From contig CP110439.1 in NCBI GenBank assembly GCA_026914245.1, forward strand, positions 6,634,001 to 6,698,000: a stretch of DNA of 64,000 nucleotides, written 5' to 3'. The DNA comes from Puccinia triticina. Lineage: Eukaryota. The translations under genes and the position numbers were made by a program. Numbering within the stretch: position 1 is the stretch's first letter; every line of letters starts with the position of its first letter. This document shows, in pieces, positions 26,001 through 38,127 of this stretch. The notes under the pieces are model-generated. The model did no database searches. It saw only the letters and a list, made by a program, of their open reading frames with translations, and was not told the origin of the DNA.

Positions 26001-26558
26001 TCGTCTCAGGATCCTCGTATGAATGGAATCAAGACGTTTCAGGATTCCAGCGCTGGCTTTTTGTTTCACAATCATGTTTTGGCTCAATCTCGTCTCCGCA
26101 ATGAGAATAAACTACCTTCCGACTCTCGTCTCCGCGACGAGAATAAACTAGTCTCGTCTTTGAAGACCCTCCGCGATGAGGTTAAACTAGGCTTGTCTGC
26201 AGAGACCCTCTGCAATGAGGCTAAACTTCCGAGCCTCTGCGACGAGGATAAACTAATGATCCTCCGCAATGAGGTGAAACTACCTCTCCCAAAAATAGGA
26301 ACTCGAGCGCAGGAGGAGGAGTTTGGTATGCCGCGGAGGAAGGAGGAACTAGAAGTAAGTTCTCTCCATGTGTGCACCTCCGGGCTAGATGCCACTCTGT
26401 CAAAAACCCTACGACCTGCCACACTCGTGAGCACCTGGCAGGACCCTTGTTTTGTTTTCTTTATTGCTCCAGGTTTTCCCCTACATCTTCAAGACCCAAG
26501 ACAGATGAAGAGCAGTCTAGGGACAGACTGTAAGTGGTGGGTGGATGTGGTGGTCTAA
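23001..26558 (+). pseudogene. ~1190-aa gag-led ORF with one in-frame TGA (23253-23255) and no recognisable PR/RT/RH/IN
   Basis: The N-terminus FDGTNVEVFLDAYQ...DWAKLKASMLAHWG resembles rust Gypsy gag. The same frame stays open for a further 1099 codons and stops inside the 3' LTR. Confidence 0.7.
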
Positions 26559-27366
26559 ATGGTAGTCAGCTTCAGATCCAAACTTCAAGATCAGCCCTCA
26601 AGAAAACCACCCTCAAGGCTCAAGATTCTCTCATATCCTCCTTCTCCCTTTTCCCCACTCTCCTCTTTCTCACTTTTGCTCTTTCTTGGTCCTAACACAG
26701 ATCTGTCTGTGGGTTTATTCCTAGTTGTTGTCTTGTTCTGGTTTTTGTTTCTTCCTTGTCTTTTGTCATGTTTATCTCCATTTCTCCTGGTTCCTCTCTT
26801 ATTTCTTATGTTTCTTGTTGGTTTCATGTTTTATCTCTTTGTTCTATTTCTCTGCTTCTTTTCCTCTTTGTGTTGTCTGTTTCTTTTCTTTTCTCCTTTG
26901 TCTGTGTTGTGTGCGCGCGCATGGCGCGCGAGGAGATGATGACATGTCTGTGACAGGCCTCCAGGAATCCAAGTTCCGGGCGAACTTGGAGGATAGGAGG
27001 CCATAGCATCTGCTCTGATCCAAGGCGGCTATCAAGAAATCTATCCAATCCTCGATTCTTTTCCAATCCATTTTTTTCCGATTCTGAGCGCAATACAACC
27101 GCCAACAAAGATCCAACCTTCGTTGTACCCCCAAAACCACTTCCCCCCCCCCCAGCTATCACTTCGAATCCTTACAACTCATCCGGACCATCCGTGAGGG
27201 CAGTCACTCGACACCTTTTCCCCTCCCAGCGCTGCCGCCGGCCTAGCACCGAGCAGAGCTCCACACCGCTCGTTTTCATCCTCTCGGAATCAGAATATCA
27301 ACTTGCCGCTGGCCTTCGACCAGATTTTTAATCATCTGATTACATCTTTGATCGTCTCAACCAGCA

Positions 27367-28236
27367 TGTCCAACCTCCGCCAAGTTCATAATGTGTCCTC
27401 CATACTCGCATTGATTGCAATGTTGGACGGCACCGAGGCCGTCTTTCCTCGATGGCGCGATTGACTCGAAGGCGTCCTGGGAATGCAGAACACACTTGAC
27501 ATTGTCAAAGGAACCCTACCTTGGCCTAAAGAAGACACTAAGCAGGACACCTCAGCAATCCGTTTGGCCAACTTCTCCAAAGGCTACAACCCAAAAGAGA
27601 TAGCCTCCGGCTGGGACTCACTCTCGGATCTAGCCTGTCATACAATCCGGCTAACCCTGTCCAACCCGCTTTCTCAACGATATCGCAAAGTTAAAACGGC
27701 CTCTTGTCTTTTCTCAACCATTGTCAACGCTTACAAGAAAAACACTAGGGCCCGGCAAATGCGTCTCCACGAAGCGTTTTGGAACGCTTGTCACGACCCA
27801 AATGAGCCTATTGCTCTGTGGATCAGTCATATTCGGGTAGCTGCCGACGATCTCTTGACGGTCGAAGAACTCCCGACCGATCGTCAAATTGCCAACCGTC
27901 TTGTTGGAGGACTTGACTCTTCTTGGTCAACTGTTTGGGATGCCATTGTCTACACAGCAACGGAAATGTCCCTCAACGACGTCATTGGAGCAATGGAAGC
28001 CCACGGAGTCAGCTTAAACGGCAACAAAACCACTGACCTAGTTTCTGCCTCTTCTGCCTACAACAAATGTATTGCCTGCTCAAACTGCGGCAAACGTGGA
28101 CATTGATCCAACGACTGCCCAAAACCAAAGAACTTTGGAAAAACTAAAGCTGGCGCCGCCACCGTTGTCAAGCTGGGCGATTATGATTCAGGTTCTTACG
28201 ACGACAAAGACGAAGTCAATGTAATCTACGAGTAAC
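27367..28236 (+). pseudogene. gag: Copia-type gag with zinc knuckle and two premature TGA codons
   Basis: MSNLRQVH...RWRD*LEGVLGMQN...CSNCGKRGH*SNDC (CCHC). It is followed directly by a short 3' region, the polypurine tract and the LTR. Confidence 0.75.
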
Positions 28237-29631
28237 TGATTCTCAATAACTATTGCCCTATCTTTTCTTAGTAAGCTCATCACCAGCCTACTGAACGGGA
28301 ATTTTATCTTTACTAGTCTTTCAAAACTTGTAGAGCCACAATTCCCAAGTTTCTTTTTTTATTTTTATGATACTGAAAATATAACTTAGTTATCAGCAAG
28401 GGGGGATGTTAAGATAAAGCAGCCTGTATGTACCACTTGTATGCTTATAGCTAGTTATGCTTCTACTAAGTAGCCCAGTTGTACTCCCTTACCGGCTCCT
28501 CACTCTCACGCCTTTCCTCACTGAAATCTATCCTTATATTTCACGGTCAAGCCCCCTCGTGATCCCGGTAGCCCTCTGAGCTTCAGTCCACCTGGTCCCC
28601 CTCAACAATGTTGAACCCCGCCTATCAGTTATCAATCTTCCACGTTTGGTTTCCCTCTTCCGAAACCCGCGCACAAAGAATACTCCAACATCACTACAAC
28701 AAACGGAAGGCGTCATTTGAAGCTGCATTGGGCTCAAAGACAGCCTCAAGCCCTCTGGTTGAAGCCAGTACCCAGCCTGACAAACATTGTTGACCAGGAC
28801 GGAACATTGATTTTTTCCCGTAGGCTGTCGAGACACCCCCGGACAACGAGTTGGCTAATTACCTTTTGGGCAAGTTCAAACTCCCAGCTGATCAAGGAGA
28901 GCAATGTCTCAAGTGGTGGAAGGTACAGTTTTTCTCTTTAATCTTAACATCCTGCTCCAGAACCCTTACTGAACAAACTACATCCTTTGTACCTATCAGG
29001 AACATCAACTCAAGTTCCCAGTCTTGGCCTCAATGGCCAAAGACTACCTCGCTTGCTCAGCCACCTCAGCAACAGTGGAACAATGCTTCTCGGCAGCTGC
29101 TGATGTTTGTGGACGCGACCAAGGCAGTTTGGCTGCAAGGACAATTGAGCGAGGTGTAAGTTCACACCAGTGGTTGAAACAAGGATATGAAGCAGAAGGC
29201 GATTTTGCTTCAGCTCAGAGGTTAGTCAACCTTGCTGCAGAAGAAGAGCAGGCCAAAAAATGCAGACCAGCCAAAGCAACTACTGAGAACGCCGGAAAGG
29301 GCAAAAACAAGTAGTCCCTTCCCCTATATGATGTATTTACTTTTTTTTCTCCATTTCTTGACATGATCCCGTCTCCCTGTCCGTTTACCTGCAACTCAAA
29401 GTTAAAAAAAAATTCCCCCTGATGCCCCAGATACTGCATTGGTATCGCATCGGCTAACCAATGCAATGCATACTTTCTGAGATCAATGTATTGGCCCAAC
29501 CAATTCAATCATTGCTATTGCATCGGCCAGCCGATGCAATGCATGATTATGCAGATGCCATGTATTGGCAAGCCGATGCAATGCACTGTATAGGCCAATA
29601 CATGCATTGCATTGCATTGGTTGCAGCATTG

Positions 29632-32600
29632 GTCCAAGGTATCCAAGTCCAATCCAAAGTCCAATAGTCCTATGTATCCAGAGTATCCATAGTCAAGTAT
29701 CCAATCCAAAGAGTCCAGCATCCAAAAGAAGGTCCAATTATCAATGAGGGGTGAATGTTTAAGAAGATCTAACTCTGCTGAAGGCAATATCCTTGGACAG
29801 ACACATATTAGACTAAATTCCATTCTGAAGAATACAATAATTTTCCTGCCTAACTGAGGCCAAGGAAGAATGCAATGCAATGATGATGAATGATGGGGTT
29901 GATAATTGTAATTTCTGAAGGTTGTGAATGATTTGGGGCTGGATTCCTGAGTGTCTGAATATATAATGTAGAGTTCTGTGAAGAGAATTTGAAGTCCAGA
30001 GAGGTTGATAAGTTGTCAAAAGAATATTCTTGCTCTAATTGGGTGGTTTCTGAGCTGCAATGTGTTGGAAGAAATTGATTATAATGGTGAATGAATGAGT
30101 GATTGGTTTGATGGTTGAATAATTCCTGGAATACAGGGTGAAGATGATGAAGAAATTCCAATATTGAGGTGGTTGGATGTCCAGTAATTGCTATGGGATG
30201 GTAAGGAATGATGATGGGTGATTGGATTGATTGATGGAGGAGTGAATGATTGATGGATGAATGAATGATTGATGAGGGAATGAATGATTGATTCCATGAT
30301 GGGGAACCAGGTATACTATCAAGGGTCCAAATCCAAAATAAGAAGACAAAGGAAGATGGAGTCCAGGTATAATATCAAGGGTCCAAATCCAAGAGAAGAA
30401 GCCAAAGGAAGATGGAGTCCAGAGTGGTGGGAAGTCTAAATCATAAGATAAGAGGAAGGGTATACCTAGCAACTGTCCAAGAACTCCAGAAAATCCAGTA
30501 TGGCCATATAACTATTTCTGAAGGAAACTGATGACTGATCCAAGGGAAGAATGAGGGGTCCAGATTCAGGGGATAGAAATTGAAGGGGATGTTGATGTAT
30601 GAAAGATGTGAAGTGATGCAAAAGTCTGGAAGATATGATGTTTAATGATGAAAATATTTTGAAGGGTGAATGATGTTTGAAGGTTGCTGATCAGAAGTGT
30701 TGATGGAAGAGGATGTGATATGAACTGGAAAGAATAATAATCAAGAAGAGATGATGAAAAAAAGAAGAAGTGATGGATGTGTGATGGGAAAGGAAAAGTG
30801 ATATAGTGACCAATAGTGGCTAAGTTGATGAGGGTTTCAATTCTTGAAGTGGCTAGGTCCAGTGTTCTATAAGGGAAAAGATGTGAACTGAGATAGTGTA
30901 CAACAGAGGCTGAGTTTGTGAGGGTTTTAATCCTTGATATGGCTAGGTCCAGTATCCTCAAAACTATATAAAAGGTGAAATGGTATGGGAGAAAGATCCA
31001 GTGAGATGATGAGTGAGGTGTATGATGCAGAGATTTTTAGAAAAGATGATGAAAGAAATATGCAGGAAAAGCCTAATCAGAAGAGGGAAATATGTAGGAT
31101 GAGGTGATTTAGATGGAAGAGGAACAGGAAGAATGAGTTGTTGAAGATGAGTTGATTTGTTGGTGTTCTACATATTTCCAATGAGGTTGGGTGATGTCTC
31201 TTCTGATGGTTTATCTGATTTGAGGTTGATATTCTAAGATGGATATAAAAGAGGATGAGTTCTCTCTAGGAATGGATGAAATGATGAAAGGATGGAAGGA
31301 TGTATAGATGGAAGAGAAAAAGTTGTAGGGTAAGGTGATTGTTGATGGGATGGATATTCATGCCCCCCTTGGGTCCATAAGAATCCAAGTCGCGCACCGG
31401 CGTCGAAATTGAGGAAAGAAAGAGAAAAGAGAACCTATCCAGATCGCGCACCGGCGTCAAAATTGAAGAAAGAAAGGGAAAAGAAAACCTATCCGGGTCG
31501 CGCACCGGCGTCAAAATGGGGAAAGAAAGATAAAAGAAAACCTATCCGGGTCGCGCACCGGCGTCGAAAATCGTCATGAGAAAGAAAATTGGGTTTTAAA
31601 GGGAAACTAGTGGACAGATTTGTTTAATTTTTGTATCAAAAAAAGGTGAAGGTATGGTGGTTCGATCGAGCTAACAATCAGCCCAAAATGTCGAGCGCGG
31701 AAGTTTTTGCAGCGTTTGGAATGTGACAAAGTAGGTGCCTGTCAAATCCAACAAAGCAAAGATAGCCGAAATAGACGCTAATATCTCCTGAGCTATTTGT
31801 GGGCTAATGCTAATTTCGGTATCGAATGAAAGAGGGGATCCTGGCAAACGTTTCGAGTATACAATATGACCATAATGGTGAGTATAGAGGCGCTTTTGTG
31901 GTGGATGAAGTTTGGACAAATTTTTGCTAGCAGGGAAGATGCATTTCCTAGAGAACTGCTTGGTAGCAAGCCTCATGAGAAAAATGATCCAATCCGAGTA
32001 TGCGAACGGCTTCATAGTATCTGATAGAAGGAAATTTCTTTTGGTTTGTCCGCTGGCGCTGCTAATCAAGAGGATATGAGAACAACACTCCACTTCGGGT
32101 TGTACACTGGGGTAACTAGTCGATAAAAGCTGTTGAGACTTCAAGTGTGAAGGCCTCGGACTTGTTCCGAAAGAAGAAAAGGCTGGTCGCGAACTGCTCG
32201 CGTTTGAGTTAGAGCCTCCCATGCCTCCTGTATTTATAATTCCAGGTAGTCTGAAGGGAAATCGGTCGTCATTTGTCCTCCTATCGCGTCCTAGCCAGTC
32301 AACTCCATCGTCATTCGCTATTCCTCCTGTATCCAACAAGTCAATCATTTCTGCGCCTCCAGAGACCTTCGCGCGATCCTGGACACTAGAAAGCACTGAT
32401 TAGATGTCTTTTTCTTAACCACTGACCACCAAGATTTAGATCCCAATCTGTAGATTTCTGTTATTTTCCTGTGGTTTGAAGCTGGATGGGGTGAAGAAGG
32501 TTGAATAGGTTGGTCCACTGAGTTGATTTCTTTTGGTATTAGAGGAGCAAAGGCTGAGCCAGGGTGATTTATGTTTGATTGAATATTGATTTTCCAGTTC

Positions 32601-34406
32601 TGAATGTTGGGTAGGATAATTGGTACAACAGAATCCTGTCCAGGTGAGTCCATGATTGATGGTGAGTCCTCTCTAGCAGTGATTTCCAATCCAGGTTGAT
32701 AAGCCAGCTCCTCAGATATGAAATTGTCCATTAATCCAGTTTCCTGTAGGGTCTGATGGGGTTTTCCAATGATGTTGTTGTCCATGTGAGGAGGTAGGAA
32801 TTTTCCATCTGCAGTGGGGCTGCAAACTTTTTGGTGAGAGTATCCAATTGTTGTTGCAAGGGAGTGGCTTCTGCAGGTTTGGAAGGTTTAACTATAGAGG
32901 GAGAAGGTTTGCTGGTGGTGGCAGGTGAGTTGTCCTTGGCATTTGGGGTGTCTGTCCTATTGAGTCTCCTCCTGTAGATAAATACTACTGATTTGACCTT
33001 CTTAACTCCTTTACTGATGGGGTCCTGGTACCTTGGCATGGCTGGTTCTCTGTTTAAGAAGTGAGTGTTGGACCTGGTGGGGTGTTTTGAATGGTCCCTT
33101 TGGCGCTGATATCTGGGAAAATGAATTGGAATACCTATAAGATCCTCTGATTCTTCTGACTGTTGATTTTTGTCCCTGTAGGGTCCATAACTGGGTATAG
33201 CAGGAGGTGCCATGCCTTGGTGAGACATAGTTGGAATAGGTAAGTTGAATTTAAGTCTGGAGGTGTTGAAGGTTGATAGTGGATGTGCTGATAGTGTTAC
33301 TGATGGTTGAAATAGATTCTAATAGTAGGAGGTTGGTTTATAAAGGAGGAGTGTGAGAAGTGTAGGTAAAGTAGTATGTAGCTGATGGTAAAAGTGTTAC
33401 TAAGGCTGAATATATCTGAAGTATAGAAAAGCCACTGTTGGGACACCACTTGTGGAACTACTCAAAGGGGAGAATAGAGCTTGGAAGGGAAATGTTTAGC
33501 AACACTAGTACTAATGTAAGCTATGCAAGGGTGCTGATGAGGCTGCCTTCCTGACTAATGCTGAGGGGATGAGAGTAACACTAAGAAAAAAGAAGAAATG
33601 GGTGTGGCTGATTTCTACTTGATCTTAGGAGCTAGTACTATGAGCTGACTACTGACTGCTGAGGGTGAGAGGGTTGGAGCAGTGATGAGAGAGGCAAATG
33701 CAATGGCAAGGCTCAACAGCAATGGGTTCAGGAGCAACTGCACTGATATCAATGGGTGATGAGTAATTTCTAACTATAATTTCTGTATCTAGAATACTGC
33801 ATATAATTCTCTGCTATTTGCTGGGGTACAAGTGAGGGGGGGGGGGGAAGGACAGTTCCTATAAGAAGGAAGGATGAGCACAGACAATGAGGAATTCTGG
33901 CTAAGGGATTGAAGGTTGTACAAATGGGGAAAGGTTCTGGCTATGGGAATAAAAGATAGTACAAATGGGGAAAGTGATGTGAACATAGTAAAAACTTTTA
34001 ATGATGAGCACTACTGAAAGGGGTAAGCACAGATCCAATGATGTAATGTGTACAGTAGCCATAGTACATAATGAGTAATTTATGTAAAGGGTTTAGTATG
34101 TGAGAATATATATATGTAAAAGGAATGTTATGTAATGATTTAAGTAAGTTACTAATGAAATGAGTGATGTAACTAATGAAGAATTTAGGTTTTTCTGTAA
34201 ATCTTATATCCTCTAAAACTATTGAACCATTAAAGATAAAGGGGTACTATGTGTGAGTGACTATAGGTGAAATTTGGCGTAGAATTTGAATATGCAATAA
34301 TGATGAGGCATTTGTAAAGAGTTATGGGGAAATGGGCAATGTAGTGATGAATATATGTAAAGGAAAGCAATAAAATACTACTTATGGTTTGGAATGGAGC
34401 ACCACA
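29632..34406 (-). mobile_element. Truncated, heavily CpG-depleted LTR retroelement (5' LTR 33451-34406, candidate PBS TGGTGTCCCAAC)
   Basis: A 956-bp TGTGG...CCACA block, a TGG-initiated PBS 2 nt inside on the minus strand, and degenerate ORFs at 32345-33228. No second LTR seen. Confidence 0.6.
31385..31570. repeat. Four tandem ~55-bp units containing TCGCGCACCGGCGTC
   Basis: The motif occurs at ~31390, 31444, 31498 and 31551, separated by A/G-rich spacers. Confidence 0.85.
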
Positions 34407-34572
34407 CCGCCAGCAGATAGCAAGTACCCGCGACAGGTGCAAAGTTGCCATCTCTAACCTCATATGTAGCTCGCATAACAAGCGAGCTACAGCCTCTCAA
34501 AGTTCAACCAGATTTCGGACCGATGCTCTCAGGCAAGCACCCCTGCTTTGGGTATAAGTCCCTCCCTGCGGT

Positions 34573-34614
<42 letters not shown>

Positions 34615-37341
34615 AGCCACACGCAGGGGAGGGACTTAGTTAAGTTAGATCCGGGCTAACTTGGTGCCTGGTGCGGATGGTAACACCACTGCAAGTGGAG
34701 CATCACGAGTATGTTCAGGTCCTTTTACCAGCCTTCTTTGTTGTTGAGCTGCCGGGTAGACTTTTTCAGTGGGAGCACAAAGCTTTTGAAGGTTTCAAGC
34801 GGCTTGTGGGTACTTTTCAGGACTCTACATACATTTTTATGCAGATTTTCTGTCCTTTTTCCTCTTGGATGAGGGTTGTGGCGATGGTGGTCACCCATGT
34901 GCCTGTTTGGCATTGTCAGCTCATGTTTGATGTGCTGGCCCTTGGGGTTGGTGTGGTGGAGGTGTCTGAGGATCTGGGAGCAATAATGCACACACACACT
35001 CAAATATCAGTCCCTGCGCCCAACAGTGGGAAGTTACGTTACGTTATGTTACTGGGGCAAAATCCGTAATGTAGCTATTCTATGTTACTTTGCCAATTGT
35101 TACAATACTCAGTAACAACTCATTATGAGTGCTTGCTGTAATGTAACTTGTGTACTTGATGGTTTTTTCCAAGCCGGTATTAATGTAACGGCCAGTAACG
35201 CGCCGCAACAGCCTACAGCTTGTTTTGGCTCTCTATTGGGCTTGGCCCGCCCGGGGTACCGGGGGAGCTGTGGTCATTGTGTGACCCTTGCCTAAGTCCG
35301 GGCCTAGCCGGATTTAGTTTTATCCACCAAAGACCAAACCATTCCCCCAAGCAACCTCAACTTTACCCCAGCCAAGAATATGACCTCTCAAACCACAGAA
35401 GCTGGACCAGCCCAAGATTCAAATGCAGAGAAAAACGGGAACAAATCTGACCAGGCCAATATCCAACTCCGCCAATCACCACAAGCCTCATCTGTCCTTG
35501 CCCGTGAGAAGCTTACTCAGTCCCAACGTTCAATTACTCAGCCCCAACGTTCAAAACAAACGGTTGCCCCCTTGTCCGACTCAGGCCAGTCCACTATGTT
35601 GCAAAAAGACAAGCGCAACCAGAAGAGAGCCCGGGAACAGTCCTCACCTCAGCCTGGAGTCGAGAAACCAACCAAAAAGCGCACGGTTCCTGATAAGTCG
35701 ACTCGGGCTGTTAAAGATCAACCGGTGTGTAAACCAGTAAACATACCAAACAAATGAAACACAGCCAATATTTGTTTCATTTTTGGCGGGGGGGGGGGGG
35801 GGTTCAAGGCAAAGCAGGCAGATGGAAACGCATATGATTTTGACCAGGATTCCGACTGCTCAATCATCCATCCTAGAGAGAAGAAGACAATGAAAGAGGC
35901 CTTGTACGACAAGGTTCTTGCATACTTTCACGAGCCTGTGTGGAAGCATGGAGACAAGCCAAATACCGCACACAACTACAAATGTAAGTGGTGCAGCCAA
36001 TGGACTCAAGCTCATTCTTCATCAAACAAAAATTGAAGATGCATTGAGATGGCTCTACTCAGTTGGAAAAGAAGAGTCACAGTTGTCTGAATTGAAATGA
36101 AGCAAAGGCACAAGGAGCAAAGTTACCACTAACTGTCAGCAAACGCAATCTTCAACAAAGTCAGGGCAGTGGCAACTCGCAGCAAACCTCGATGGATGGA
36201 TTTGTCCAAGTCAAGGTCATTTTTTCCAACCGCTTCCTCAATCAGATCATCATGATTTGGCAGCTTTGACAGGCTCTGGCATGGAGCCGCATCAAGGACA
36301 AATATCTTTGAGCTGCCTTTCTGTACGCAAATCCCAAGGCCTTTCTCTACAGTCGGAGGTGGTCCACCAACAAATCCAAAAGGCTGTACTTGATGCTCAA
36401 GAATCATGTGTTTCATGAGTTGAAGGTACATTGTCCTCATTTTGCTTTGATTTTTGGCCATGTTGTTTTTTTGAATGCTGATCTGAAAAATCCATTTCCC
36501 CTCAATATTGATAAGAATCTTGACACAAAATTTACTCTGATCCATGATGTATGGACAACCAAAGGGAAAAGATTTGCTTTCATTGGTGCCGCTGTTGCTT
36601 ACATCAATCCAAACTGGGAATATAATGTACGCCACCTGACCTTGAAGATGATACCTTGGAAACATCATGGCCACCTCTTAGCGCGCCCAATTGTTACCCT
36701 CCTCAACAAAGGAGAACTCTATACCAAGATGCTCACACAAACTACGGACTCAGGATCCAATAATAACACAATGGCAAAGGAAATGGCTTCATTTCTTGAG
36801 ATGGATTATTTGGCAGACTCTTGGAATCCAACTAGTATGCACATTAGGTGCTTCTGTCACAAGCTTGCATTGATTGCAATGCAGGCCTTGCGGCACTTGC
36901 TCTTAAGACATTACCTCCTGCAAAAACAAAGGAATCTGTCCTTGGTTTCTTTCCGGTTCTTGGCAAACTGCTCAAGGAAGACAAAGAACAGCTCCCCAAT
37001 ATGGCTGATTTGAAGCTGGCGTCAGATTCTGAGAAAACAAAAACCAACACAATGACCTGCAACAATGGCCTTGACATTGACGTAGCATCCAAAAGTGATT
37101 ATGGTAATGCTGATGACAAGCTCTCTGATGATGACTCATCAGTTTCTTGTAAGACAGTTGATGATAACAAACAATCTCCAAATCAGATCAGTAACAGTCC
37201 CCGCCTTCAAGAACTCACTCAGAAACTCGATGTTGTGATCAAACAAATTACTTGAGCAGCAGCGCAGCGGGCCAGCTTTGATTGCACAGCCAAGAAGCTG
37301 AACCTCAATGTTTCGCCGTTGATTGCTGGATACGGCATCAG

Positions 37342-37841
37342 TGTTGAGGTTGTGTAGTCTTGTGTCCTTTTTTCCTCAAGTCTTTATGCTTCAAACCTTT
37401 CTTGTACATATCACAACTTGTGACATTTCAGCTTTTTAGTCACCTGGAGCAGCAGACGTGGAAGGACCTGTCCTCATCCTTTCACAAACATCCTCATCAA
37501 TTCTGCTGTTCCAGGTGAGTGTCTCTTTGTTTTTCTTTTCTCTCTCTTTTCTTCTTTGTTTTCTTTCTCTGATGCAATAGGGGTGTTCAAAGTTGACTGC
37601 ATAAAATTATAACACCATAAATTCATAAAATTTTAATCTGACAAAAATGTGTAACACCCAATCACTCAAAAAAGAGCAACAATTCTAAAATGGTACATAA
37701 AAAATGATCACTCAAAAGTGTTATGATTTTATGATTTTATGATTTGAAAAAAATATGATTTCAACTTTGAACACCCTTAATGATGAATCCTTCCACAAAC
37801 ATCCTCATCAATTCTGCTGTTCCAGATTCATCACTGCAACA
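37342..37841 (+). mobile_element. Solo LTR (Copia-like ends), TSD ATCAG
   Basis: ATCAG|TGTTG...CAACA|ATCAG. Removing it restores GYGIRWNIKY. A related inverted LTR lies at ~44556-44914. Confidence 0.88.
37578..37779. mobile_element. Small AT-rich MITE inside the solo LTR
   Basis: Inverted ends GGGTGTTCAAAGTTGA / TCAACTTTGAACACCC. The TSD is unclear. Confidence 0.6.
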
Positions 37842-38127
37842 ATCAGATGGAACATTAAATATCAAAGTCACCGGAAAGCCATTGAGGCCAGGGACGTCAT
37901 CGACTGCCTTTTAAAGGAAGATCAACATCATAACAAAAGTGTGTTGTTTGCCGATGTTTTCTTTTCTCCAAAAGACTGGAAAGAACTTGACAGCTTAAAT
38001 CAAGAGCTTGAGGTTGGTGATCTTTTCCACTTGGTCTCTTAATACTTTGTAAAAGACCAGCTAATCTCACTTAATACTTATGTATGTTTCAAATTCTAGG
38101 TTTTTGTAGATCTCACTGCGTGCATGG

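Larger units (their letters stand above)
21762..27265 (+). mobile_element. Young Gypsy-type non-autonomous LTR element, 4-bp TSD CCGC
   Basis: ~720-bp LTRs at 21762-22480 and 26546-27265 (TGTGG...CCACA, about 9 substitutions plus 1 indel). A tRNA-derived PBS starts at 22483, a purine-rich tract precedes 26546, and CCGC flanks both sides. Confidence 0.93.
21514..28607 (+). mobile_element. Gag-only Copia-type LTR element (~1.6 kb without its nested insert), TSD ATGTT
   Basis: 201-bp LTRs at 21514-21714 and 28407-28607 (3 differences), a GGTTATGAG primer-binding site, an AAGGGGGGA polypurine tract, and ATGTT on both flanks. Confidence 0.92.
19278..29631 (+). mobile_element. hAT element with transposase pseudogene, split by a solo LTR and a Copia/Gypsy nest
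   Basis: Motifs DVCTTK, TTDSGSNN, IRCFCHK, WNVKW, ILATML|NPAY, WWK and YLACSATSATVEQCFS. The reading frame rejoins across both insertions. The right end has ATGCA repeats and finishes ...GCAGCATTG at 29631. The left end was not found. Confidence 0.85.

Noticed and set aside
31385..31570. CRISPR-like repeat-spacer array
   Set aside because: The spacers resemble each other, the context is eukaryotic and there are no cas genes. It is a tandem repeat.
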